From Gemmatimonadota bacterium (GTDB lineage: Bacteria; Gemmatimonadota; Gemmatimonadetes; Gemmatimonadales; GWC2-71-9): a stretch of 64,000 nucleotides of DNA. The translations under genes and the position numbers were made by a program. Positions within the stretch are counted from its first letter, which is position 1, and the number at the start of each line of letters is the position of its first letter. Under the pieces are notes generated by a model. It was not told the DNA's origin. It saw only the letters and a program-made list of their open reading frames with translations, and did not search any database. The stretch covers positions 10,354-74,353 of the forward strand of contig JBDHKN010000009.1 of the NCBI GenBank assembly GCA_039586365.1, given 5' to 3'. Shown piece by piece: positions 18,338 through 27,032 of this stretch.

Positions 18338-19765
18338 ATGAGCCCTGACGAAACACCGCTTGAGCTGAGTGGAGCGGAGCTGCGGCAGCTGGTGGATGCC
18401 GCCATGGAGCGCATTGTCCCGCATGTTGACTCCCTCCCGATCCAACCAGCGGCGGACGTAGCAGGCGGAGCCGAGCTCGCCCGCTCACTGGTTGAGCCAC
18501 TGCCGGAGCACGGGGTGCCGGTCAGTGAAGTGCTCGGATTGGTCTTCGACCGGGCGTTGCCAAAAAGCTTCAACACGGCCGGGCCTGGCTATCTCGCCTA
18601 TATCCCGGGGGGAGGGATCCTCCACACAGCCGTGGCCGAGCTCATCGCGGCTGCGGTTAATCGATACGTGGGTGTATGGATAGCGGCTCCCGGCCTCGCT
18701 CAGCTCGAAGCAAACGTGATCCGCTGGTTCTGCGGAATCATAGGGTTCGGCAGCGGTTCGTCGGGTTTTCTCACCAGTGGCGGGTCACTGGCTAATTTCT
18801 CGGCTGTGGTCGCGGCCCGGCGGAACCTCCTGGGGGAAGACTTCCTGAGCGGCACCATATATGCCTCTGACCAGGTCCATCACTCCATCCTCAAAGCTGC
18901 GATGCTCGCGGGCTTCCCAGCAGGGAACGTGCGCGAGGTGTCTTCGGACGAAGTGTTCCGGATGCGCTGTGACGAACTCACAGCAGCGATAGCGGCAGAC
19001 AAGGCATCAGGGCACTCGCCCTTGATGGTCGTGGCCAGTGCCGGCACCACCAATACCGGAGCGGTGGACGACCTTCAAGAAGTGGCGGCGATCGCGCAGC
19101 GACACGGCATGTGGTTTCACATTGACGCAGCCTACGGCGGCTTCTTCATGCTGACCGAACGTGGCAGGCGAGCAATGCGTGGGATCGAACAGGCCGATTC
19201 GGTAGTGCTCGACCCGCACAAGGGTCTGTTTGTGCCGTACGGTACGGGATCATTGCTCGTGCGCGATGGGGCAGCACTCAAACGGGCACACGCTGTGGGT
19301 GCTGACTACATGCCCCCAATGCAACAGGACGAGGATCTCATCGACTTCTGCCAGGTTTCACCCGAGCTGTCTCGTCCGTTTCGGGGGCTCGGGGTTTGGC
19401 TTCCGATCAAACTACTGGGGATCGATCCGTTTCGCCGTAGCCTAGACGAGAAACTAGACCTGGCCCAGTGGGCATGCGAGCAGCTGAGGCAGGTCGATGG
19501 CATGGAGATCGTTGCCGAGCCCCAGCTCTCCGTCGTTGCTTTCCGACTGACCCGCCCGAAGATGAATACGGAGGCGTTGAACCGCCTGAACCGTGATTTT
19601 CTCGACCGCGTCAACAGTCGCAAGCACGTTTATCTCACCGGCACCATGCTGTCGGGCCAGTTCACCGTGCGGATTTGCGTGCTTTCCTTCAGAACCCACA
19701 GGGACAGAATGGAGTGGGCAATGGAAGACATCAGGGCGGCTGCGGAGGACGTGCTGCGAAGGTAA
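18338..19765 (+). CDS. Group II PLP-dependent (aromatic) amino acid decarboxylase
   Basis: YLAYIPGGG, SGGSLAN, AGTTNTGAVD, HIDAAYGG, DPHK (PLP Lys), PELSRPFRGL. Confidence 0.9.
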   Translation: MSPDETPLELSGAELRQLVDAAMERIVPHVDSLPIQPAADVAGGAELARSLVEPLPEHGVPVSEVLGLVFDRALPKSFNTAGPGYLAYIPGGGILHTAVAELIAAAVNRYVGVWIAAPGLAQLEANVIRWFCGIIGFGSGSSGFLTSGGSLANFSAVVAARRNLLGEDFLSGTIYASDQVHHSILKAAMLAGFPAGNVREVSSDEVFRMRCDELTAAIAADKASGHSPLMVVASAGTTNTGAVDDLQEVAAIAQRHGMWFHIDAAYGGFFMLTERGRRAMRGIEQADSVVLDPHKGLFVPYGTGSLLVRDGAALKRAHAVGADYMPPMQQDEDLIDFCQVSPELSRPFRGLGVWLPIKLLGIDPFRRSLDEKLDLAQWACEQLRQVDGMEIVAEPQLSVVAFRLTRPKMNTEALNRLNRDFLDRVNSRKHVYLTGTMLSGQFTVRICVLSFRTHRDRMEWAMEDIRAAAEDVLRR

Positions 19766-19880
19766 ACGACGGTGAAGATGGGATTATGCCAAGCTGCCAC
19801 GCAGCACGATCCCATTAATGCCACAATGACAGTCCGTTGAACGGTACCTCGCCGATTCCTGCCATATCGGCCGGCTTGTC

Positions 19881-19897
19881 CTGGCACTCCACATGCT
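19881..19897 (+). promoter_or_regulatory. Putative sigma-54 (-24/-12) promoter of hsp20
   Basis: CTGGCACTCCACATGCT has GG-N10-GC with the TGGCAC core, 85 nt upstream of the hsp20 start. Confidence 0.55.
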
Positions 19898-19981
19898 ATT
19901 GGTCAGAGCAGAAGCGGGTCAAGAACCCAACGAGCCAACTAACTAGTTGTTACTAGAGACCTTAGCAAAAGGAGTTTCAAG

Positions 19982-20434
19982 ATGGTGTATCCGACTCTTT
20001 GGAGGGCGGGCCGCCCGGCGGCGTGGGAAGATCTGTTCAATGCTCGGCGTGATGTTGATAGGATCTTCGACCGGTTCTTCAACGGGGCTCCGTCAGCCGT
20101 GACCGTCTGGTCGCCCAGCGTGGATGTTCGTGAGTCAAAGGACGACATCGCGGTGTCGGTGGAGCTGCCCGGGCTGCGGCGTGAGGACGTGAATCTCACG
20201 GTCGAGAACAATGTGCTCACGATCAGCGGTGAGAAGAAGCAGGAGTTCGAGGAGGGCAAGGAAGATGGCGACTACCACCTGATCGAGCGTTGCTACGGCA
20301 AGTTCGAGCGTTCATTCACACTGCCGCGGAGCGTGGATCCGGAGAACATCACGGCGAGGTTTGACGATGGTGTGCTGAAAGTCGTTCTATCCAAGATCCC
20401 CGCTGCCAAGCCGAAGCAGATAGCGATCAAGTAG
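19982..20434 (+). CDS. Small heat shock protein (Hsp20/alpha-crystallin)
   Basis: AAAGGAG RBS. PSVDVRE, ELPGL, LTISGEK, ER.YGKFERSFTLP, GVLKV. Confidence 0.95.
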   Translation: MVYPTLWRAGRPAAWEDLFNARRDVDRIFDRFFNGAPSAVTVWSPSVDVRESKDDIAVSVELPGLRREDVNLTVENNVLTISGEKKQEFEEGKEDGDYHLIERCYGKFERSFTLPRSVDPENITARFDDGVLKVVLSKIPAAKPKQIAIK

Positions 20435-20458
20435 GCTGCGGTCGGTGACTAAGTGAGG

Positions 20459-20488
20459 GCAAAGCCCGGCTCCACAGCCGGGCTTTGC
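20459..20488. terminator. Perfect 13-bp hairpin, probable terminator between convergent hsp20 and GH65
   Basis: GCAAAGCCCGGCT-CCAC-AGCCGGGCTTTGC. Confidence 0.8.
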
Positions 20489-20533
20489 AGTTACTGAGTA
20501 GAAGAGAGATCGGCATGGTCCGACAGTGGCGAT

Positions 20534-22957
20534 TCAGAGATCTATCTCCAGAACACCCCCCGGCTCCAGCCGGTGCGGCATGCTCCTGGCCTCAATGAGC
20601 TGGAACCGGTCCGCGCAGTCCTCCAGCGCCACACGCAGCTTGCCATGAGTCACGGTGATATCAAACCAATTTCCTCGGTACTGCACTTTGAGGCTGATCT
20701 TGCGAATCTGCCTTGGCAGGTTTGGATTGATTGCGAGAGTCTCCCCCCGCGTGTCGACACCAGCGAACCGGTTGAGGACGATGCTTACGGTGCCGGCCAT
20801 CGCTCCGAGGTGTATGCCCTCCTTGGTGGTGCCACCCTGTACATCTGCGAAGTCGCTCCGTAGGGCCTGGCGGAACAACTCCCAGCTGTGCGTCCGGTCT
20901 ATGCGATCGAGCAGGGCAGCGTAGACTACACGACTGAGGGTAGAACCGTGTGAGCAGCGAGCCAGGTAGTAGCGGATGTTGTCCGAGATGGTTTCCCCAT
21001 CGAACGCGTATCCTAGCTTGCGGAAGATCCGCCCGACCTCATCTGCCCGCAGCAGGTAGAAGAGCATGGTCACATCGGGCTGCTTGGCAACCTTGTACCT
21101 GTCCGGTGTGTCGTCTTCCGCTTTGAGAATCCGGTCGAGCCGTTGGATGTCTCCGTACTTGGTGCGGTATTCAGCCCACGGGAACTCCTCGAGATCCTCG
21201 AATCCCTCGAACTGACTGATGATGCCGTTACCATGGAACCTGATGGTCATCTTGTGCGTGATTTCATTCCACCGGTTCAGCTCTGCGTCGTCAATCTCGA
21301 GCAGGCCGAGGAGCTCCTCTCGCCGCTCGGGACACATCTGCTTGAGCACCTCCTGGGCTCGTTCAATGCACCAGACAGCCATTATGTTGGTGTAGGCGTT
21401 GTTCCGGAGGCCACCTTCTGAGGCGCCCGGATAGCCCTCGTGGTACTCATCCGGGCCCATCACTCCGTGTATCTCATATCGCCCGCTTTCCTCGTTCAGG
21501 TGGGCGATGGAGCTCCAGAACTTGGCAATATCGAGGATTATCTCTGCCGCAAACTGTTCCAGGAATGGTCGTCTCCTGGTCGTCAGGTAGTGTTCCCAGA
21601 TGTTGTAGACGATGGCAGCGTTTATGTGTCTCTGATTCCTACTGTTGTCGGGATCCCACCGTCCCGATTTCGGATTGAGATGGATGTATTGAGTCTCCTC
21701 TCGACCGTTACTGCTGCTCTGCCACGGGAACATGGCACCGCGATAGCCGCACTCGCGTGCGTAGGCACGGGCTGCGCTCAAGCGGAAGTAGCGGTAGCGC
21801 GTCAGCGACCGGTCGATGTCGGGGAAACTCTCCAGATAGAACGGCAAAATGAAGATCTCGTCCCAGAAGATGTGCCCACGATAAGCCTCTCCGTGTAGGC
21901 CTCGAGCTGGAACGCTGACATCCAGGCCCCGAGTGTTCTCAGAGACGGTCTGTAGCAAGTGAAATATGTGAAATCGAACCAGAATGCCATCGTCTGGATC
22001 ACCGGGTGCTGCTGTCGGGTCGGTTTCGACGTCCACATCGGCGCGTCGCCACAGAGAGCGCCATACTATGCGTTGAGTGCGCAGCAACTCAGTGAAGTCC
22101 GGGGAGCTCGTAATTGCCAAGCGAACGTCGCGCGCACTCTCTGTGATGCCGCGATCTCGCGACGTGTGCAGAGCAACCACCTTCTCTGCCGCTATGGTCT
22201 GGCCTTTTCCGACTTCTGTTGTGAACACCTGGCCTACCTCTGCATCTTCTACGACCGTGTTCACGTGAACGTGAACCTGCGGGTCGGGATGTAAGACTCG
22301 CGTTCGAGCGGCCTCGGCAACTTCGAGGTGTGACTGGCTGGTCCTGACGAGCAGGTAGACCCCCTCCGGTGCAACGGTGCCCTTGTTGAGGATTGTCAGA
22401 TGCTTGGGATTGAGTTGGCGGTATCGTTCCACACCGGTGTTGGTGACTGTGCCGTTCAACATCGATCGAATGTGGATGGTCCCGGACCAGTCTGCTGGAG
22501 TAATGCTGTACTGCAACGCAGCCAGGTTGGGGCGGTACATGTGAACAATACGCCTGCTGGTGACGCCAGTGGTTCTCCCCTTTGCGTCCCGTACCGTGTA
22601 CGTCCGTGTCAGAAGCCCGTCATCTAGATTTAGCTCCCGTCTGTATGAAAGGATTTCGAGCCTGTTGAAATCGACCCAGTCACCGTCGTCGGGGCGCCAC
22701 GTTAGACATAACCAGTTGGGGAAGTTCACGAGATCTTCGTTCACGATTGTGCGGCCCCCTACCTCACTTGCCAACCGGTTGTAGCCGCCGGCGATGTAGG
22801 TACCGGGGTAATGGATTCCATCGGCTGACACTTCTTCTGCCGCACCGCGCGTTACAAAGAACCCGTTCCCCAACGCACAAAGAGACTCACGCAAGCCTTC
22901 TTGATTGGGGTCGTATCCGTCGAACGCAATGACCCACCTGTCGCTGTTATGTGTCAT
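20534..22957 (-). CDS. Glycoside hydrolase family 65 (trehalose/trehalose-6-P/maltose phosphorylase-like)
   Basis: RESLCALGNG, ARGLHGEAYRGHIFWDE, GPDEYHE, KQPD, HGSTLS, EGIHLGAMAG. Confidence 0.93.
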   Translation of the reverse strand: MTHNSDRWVIAFDGYDPNQEGLRESLCALGNGFFVTRGAAEEVSADGIHYPGTYIAGGYNRLASEVGGRTIVNEDLVNFPNWLCLTWRPDDGDWVDFNRLEILSYRRELNLDDGLLTRTYTVRDAKGRTTGVTSRRIVHMYRPNLAALQYSITPADWSGTIHIRSMLNGTVTNTGVERYRQLNPKHLTILNKGTVAPEGVYLLVRTSQSHLEVAEAARTRVLHPDPQVHVHVNTVVEDAEVGQVFTTEVGKGQTIAAEKVVALHTSRDRGITESARDVRLAITSSPDFTELLRTQRIVWRSLWRRADVDVETDPTAAPGDPDDGILVRFHIFHLLQTVSENTRGLDVSVPARGLHGEAYRGHIFWDEIFILPFYLESFPDIDRSLTRYRYFRLSAARAYARECGYRGAMFPWQSSSNGREETQYIHLNPKSGRWDPDNSRNQRHINAAIVYNIWEHYLTTRRRPFLEQFAAEIILDIAKFWSSIAHLNEESGRYEIHGVMGPDEYHEGYPGASEGGLRNNAYTNIMAVWCIERAQEVLKQMCPERREELLGLLEIDDAELNRWNEITHKMTIRFHGNGIISQFEGFEDLEEFPWAEYRTKYGDIQRLDRILKAEDDTPDRYKVAKQPDVTMLFYLLRADEVGRIFRKLGYAFDGETISDNIRYYLARCSHGSTLSRVVYAALLDRIDRTHSWELFRQALRSDFADVQGGTTKEGIHLGAMAGTVSIVLNRFAGVDTRGETLAINPNLPRQIRKISLKVQYRGNWFDITVTHGKLRVALEDCADRFQLIEARSMPHRLEPGGVLEIDL

Positions 22958-24542
22958 TATGTCGTTCCCTTGTGGACGACTGTGAGATCTGCCAAGAACT
23001 CAGGATTCTGAGAAATCTCCCGACTTCGACGGGATTCTTGAGTGATAGATGCGCCTTCGTGTCGCGTGGAGTCTCACTGACGAGGATGCCCAGTCCACGA
23101 TCCTGTAGCGCAGCGAAGGCGTCTTCATCGGTAACGTCATCACCGATGTACAGCGGAACCACATCAGGTGTGTCCAACTCGAGTGTTTGGAGCAGCCACA
23201 AGACGGCTCTTCCTTTGTCCCATTCCAGGTTCGGTCTGACTTCGAAGACCTTCTTGCCATGTGCCTTCCTGAGTTCGGGATGACTCTTTACGACCTCGTC
23301 AACCACACTCTCAATGCTGGACACTTCGCTCTCCTTCACGAGTCGGTAGTGAACGGCGAGCGAAAACCGCTTGTCTTCAATCAGTGCACCTTCGATAGGT
23401 GCTATTTCGTCATTAAAGACCCGCGCGGCGTCGTCGAGAATTGGCCGGTACTCAGAGCCGATCTCATGGCGTATCGCCGTAGCCTGTGGACCAGCTATGT
23501 CGAAGCCGTGGCTGCCCGCGTAGTAGAGGTTGTCGAGTGCCACCAAGGCGTGCACATCTTCGCGGCCCCTACCGCTGACGATCACGGTGGGGCATACGTC
23601 GGCCACTTTACGGAGAACCGCCCGCATCTCCTGGGATATCTTTGCTAAGTCGGGAGTTGCCACTATCGGTGTGAGAGTGCCGTCGTAGTCAAGAAACACG
23701 GCCACTCGCTTGCCGGACCATTGGCTGCTGATCTCTTCCCACTGGTCCAGCGCGGACGGCTTGGCAGAGTCTTTCATGGTGAACCACTCGTTGATTTGGT
23801 CTATCGAGGTTTCAGCGAGGTCCGACACAACGATATCAGCGCCGGCCTCACGCAGTTCCTCCTGATGCCCGGCTCGATCCACTCCGATAACTAGCCCAAA
23901 ATTCCCCCTACGACCGGCTTCAACTCCTGCTACTGCATCTTCGACAACGAAGCATTGCTGGGGCGAGACACCCAGTTCCTCGGCAGCCTTCAGATAGGAG
24001 TCAGGGTGAGGTTTGCCTCGCAAACCCAGTTCTTCTGCGACCACTCCGCAGACGCGGCTCTGGAACAAATCTTCCAACCCGGTGAGGCGGAGGATGCGTA
24101 CTGTGTTCTTACTCGAGGACATTAGTCCAACCCTGATATGTCTGCTACGCAGCTCCTGGATAAGTGCGACCGTAGAGTCGAACACATCCACACCATCGGT
24201 CTCCAGTAGTGCGTTGTACAACTCGTTCTTGCCGTTTCCCAAACCGCAATAGGTTTCCTTCCTCGGCTCGTCCTGAGGTGTCCCGAATGGAAGTTCGATC
24301 CCCCGCGACCGGAGAAAGCTCTCGACGCCCTTGTATCTGGGCTTACCGTCCACGTAGATGCGGTAGTCGTCATTGATATCGAAGGGCACGAATGCGACGG
24401 AGTTTCTATTGGCGTACAACCGGAGATATTCGTCGAACATCTCCTTCCAAGCGTGCGCATGCACTCGCGCGGTGTGTGTCACGACACCGTCCAGGTCAAA
24501 GATGCCAGCCTGGAAGTTCAGACTCGTATTGTCGGCTTGCAT
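22947..24542 (-). CDS. otsB: Fusion of beta-phosphoglucomutase-like HAD domain and trehalose-6-phosphate phosphatase
   Basis: N-domain FDLDGVV...GKPHPD...VEDA. C-domain FLDYDGTLTPIV, SGR, GSHG, WDKG, IGDDVTDEDAF with intact catalytic motifs. Confidence 0.92.
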   Translation of the reverse strand: MQADNTSLNFQAGIFDLDGVVTHTARVHAHAWKEMFDEYLRLYANRNSVAFVPFDINDDYRIYVDGKPRYKGVESFLRSRGIELPFGTPQDEPRKETYCGLGNGKNELYNALLETDGVDVFDSTVALIQELRSRHIRVGLMSSSKNTVRILRLTGLEDLFQSRVCGVVAEELGLRGKPHPDSYLKAAEELGVSPQQCFVVEDAVAGVEAGRRGNFGLVIGVDRAGHQEELREAGADIVVSDLAETSIDQINEWFTMKDSAKPSALDQWEEISSQWSGKRVAVFLDYDGTLTPIVATPDLAKISQEMRAVLRKVADVCPTVIVSGRGREDVHALVALDNLYYAGSHGFDIAGPQATAIRHEIGSEYRPILDDAARVFNDEIAPIEGALIEDKRFSLAVHYRLVKESEVSSIESVVDEVVKSHPELRKAHGKKVFEVRPNLEWDKGRAVLWLLQTLELDTPDVVPLYIGDDVTDEDAFAALQDRGLGILVSETPRDTKAHLSLKNPVEVGRFLRILSSWQISQSSTRERHNDT

Positions 24543-24764
24543 GTTTGGTGGCCTGCTGGGGATTGTGGTCGCTGTTCAGACAGCGGTACGAGGTTGACGC
24601 TGGCTGTCACCCGGGAGAAGATACTAAGAGGTAGCAATTCGCCTCCTGGGGCGCGTGCTACAATCATGACTCAGCCTATCTTCATGGATCTGGGACACCC
24701 AAGGGATGTGATCAGGCGGCGGCCGTGTCAAGATCCATCCCGAGGCTGCGTGAAAGCAAAGGCG

Positions 24765-26969
24765 ATGGCTGACCCAAAGCTAATCGTAGTTTCCGTACGC
24801 CTGCCCGTGCGGCTCTCGCACCGGCGGCAGGAGTGGCAAGTGGAGCCGAGTCCCGGAGGCCTCGCGACCGGTCTCCGCTCCGTAGCCCAAAGGCGGCCTT
24901 TCACTTGGGTGGGGTGGCCGGGAACGTTCGTTCCCGCCTCTGCGCAGGAGACAATAGTCAAGCTGCTGGAGTCACACGGAGTTCCCGTGTTTTTAGCCGA
25001 ATCCGAGTATCAAGGATTCTATGAGCAAGTCTCCAATCGGCTCCTCTGGCCATTGTTTCACAACATCTCCGGCCGCTTGAGTTTTGACCGGGACGCCTGG
25101 AACGACTACCGGACGGCCAATGAGCGGTTCGCGAACGCAGTATGCGAAGTAGCACAGCCCGGAGACACTGTGTGGATTCACGACTACCAGTTGACGCTGG
25201 TGCCAAGGATGCTGCGTGACAGTGGCCTGGATTGTGCCATCGGCTTCTTTCTTCACATTCCATTTCCTTCGCACGAGACCTATCGCACACTGCCAGTGCG
25301 CGAGGAGGTGCTGCGTGGGATGCTTGGAGCCGATCTAGTCGGATTCCACACTTACGAATTCGCCCAGCATTTCCGTAATGCTTGTCTGCGTGTCTTGGGC
25401 CTCGAATCCGAGCAGGATGTCATCTCCCTTCCCAGCCACTTGGCCCACTTGGGCGTCCATCCCATTGGAGTCGATCCGGCGGAGATTCTGGGGTTTGCCG
25501 AGCTACCTGAAGTGCAGCAAGAGCTGGCTGATCTTGAGCGGAAGTTCTCGGGGAAAAAGGTCATCCTGGGTGTAGATCGCCTCGATTACACCAAGGGTAT
25601 TCCCGAGAAGCTACTGGCCTTCGAGGAATTCTTGCAGCGCAACCCCGAATGGCGTGCCAGAGTTGTTCTCATTCAGGTAGCCTCTCCAACCCGCACCGAG
25701 GTGAAGGAGTATCGCGAGCTCAAGCGAGAAGTGGATGAGTTGGTCGGTCGGATAAATGGTAGCTACGGCAGCTTCAGTCACACCCCGATCGTCTACATAA
25801 ACCAGTCGGTGCCGCGCGAGCGCCTCACTGCGCTGTATCAGATAGCCGACGTGGCGTTTATAACGCCGCTTCGTGACGGCATGAACTTGGTGGCTCTGGA
25901 ATACGTCGCGGCGCGTGGGCCGCGTCCGGGAGTGTTGATACTCAGTGAGTTTGCTGGAGCGGCGGCGTGCTTGGGTGGCGCACGGTTGGTGAATCCGCAC
26001 AACACCAGCCGCATGGCGGATGTGCTCACTGAAGTGCTAGTCAATCCGGCAACCACCGGAGAGACATTCCGACAGATGCAGGAGTTCGTCCGTAACAACA
26101 CGGCGTACGCCTGGGCTAATCGGTTTCTTGTTCGGCTCGCAAGTGTCCACGACACCCGCCGTTTCGGGGCGCGGCGGCTCAGGTTTGCGGCAGCGCCGCC
26201 GGATGCAGCTCGACCCCAAGCAGGTGCCCTGTTCCTCCTCGACTACGCTGGGACTCTACACCCTCACGTTCCCGTCCTGAGTGAAGCTGCTCCGGATGCG
26301 CGGCTCAAAGGAGTGCTCGAGGCACTCGGTGGAATGGCACGACTCTACATAATGAGTGGCCAACCCGCGGACGTGATGGATGATTGGTTTGGTGAGCTGC
26401 CAGTTGGTCTGGTTTGCGAGGATGGTCTCGCCGTGAAGCACCCTGGCCAGGATTGGCCAGAAATGCCCGCGGTAGATCAAGCCGTGTTCGAGGAGATCGT
26501 AGAACCCGTGATGGTGGATTTCTATGAGCATACACCCGGTAGCAGGATCGAACAGAAGAAGGCAGCGATTTCGTGGCGCTACCGGGCCGCTGACCCGAAG
26601 CTCGGTCCGCGCCGTGCCAAGGAACTCTACGCTCAACTGGAGGATCTGCTTCACGGAATGCCGTACGCAGTGAAGGCCGGGAAGAGAGCGATTGAGGTCA
26701 GGCCCGTGCATCTGACAAAGACGAGTGTCGCCGGCGCGCTCCTGGCGCAGTACCCGGAAGCGGAATTTGTCTTCTGCGCCGGGAACGACGGTCCGGATGA
26801 AGAGATGTTTGAGGTTGTGTTGCGGTCAAAGCGACCACACCTGTACACATGCTACGTAGGTGGAAAGGACACGGTGGGGCAGTACTTTGTGGAGTCACCG
26901 GATGAGTTGTTGACGCAGCTCGAGACCTTAATCTCGGTGTGGTCTAGTTCTCCGGTTCCCAGTTCCTGA
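24765..26969 (+). CDS. otsA: Trehalose-6-phosphate synthase (GT20) fused to a degenerate T6P-phosphatase domain
   Basis: GGLATGL, WVGWPG, LWPLFH, WIHDYQL, FFLHIPFP, GVDRLDYTKG, DGMNLVALEY, LSEFAGAA. Start set at ATG 24765, since the upstream 104 codons look non-coding. Confidence 0.92.
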   Translation: MADPKLIVVSVRLPVRLSHRRQEWQVEPSPGGLATGLRSVAQRRPFTWVGWPGTFVPASAQETIVKLLESHGVPVFLAESEYQGFYEQVSNRLLWPLFHNISGRLSFDRDAWNDYRTANERFANAVCEVAQPGDTVWIHDYQLTLVPRMLRDSGLDCAIGFFLHIPFPSHETYRTLPVREEVLRGMLGADLVGFHTYEFAQHFRNACLRVLGLESEQDVISLPSHLAHLGVHPIGVDPAEILGFAELPEVQQELADLERKFSGKKVILGVDRLDYTKGIPEKLLAFEEFLQRNPEWRARVVLIQVASPTRTEVKEYRELKREVDELVGRINGSYGSFSHTPIVYINQSVPRERLTALYQIADVAFITPLRDGMNLVALEYVAARGPRPGVLILSEFAGAAACLGGARLVNPHNTSRMADVLTEVLVNPATTGETFRQMQEFVRNNTAYAWANRFLVRLASVHDTRRFGARRLRFAAAPPDAARPQAGALFLLDYAGTLHPHVPVLSEAAPDARLKGVLEALGGMARLYIMSGQPADVMDDWFGELPVGLVCEDGLAVKHPGQDWPEMPAVDQAVFEEIVEPVMVDFYEHTPGSRIEQKKAAISWRYRAADPKLGPRRAKELYAQLEDLLHGMPYAVKAGKRAIEVRPVHLTKTSVAGALLAQYPEAEFVFCAGNDGPDEEMFEVVLRSKRPHLYTCYVGGKDTVGQYFVESPDELLTQLETLISVWSSSPVPSS

Positions 26970-27032
26970 TCCGCACCAGTTTCACACTGCCGAGCTGAGC
27001 AGCCGGAGTGGATTAGGAGACAACGGCCGGCC

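Noticed and set aside
24453..24764. N-terminal 104-aa extension of the otsA fusion ORF
   Set aside because: It overlaps the divergent otsB start and has no GT20 similarity. The recognisable protein starts at MADPKLIVVS.
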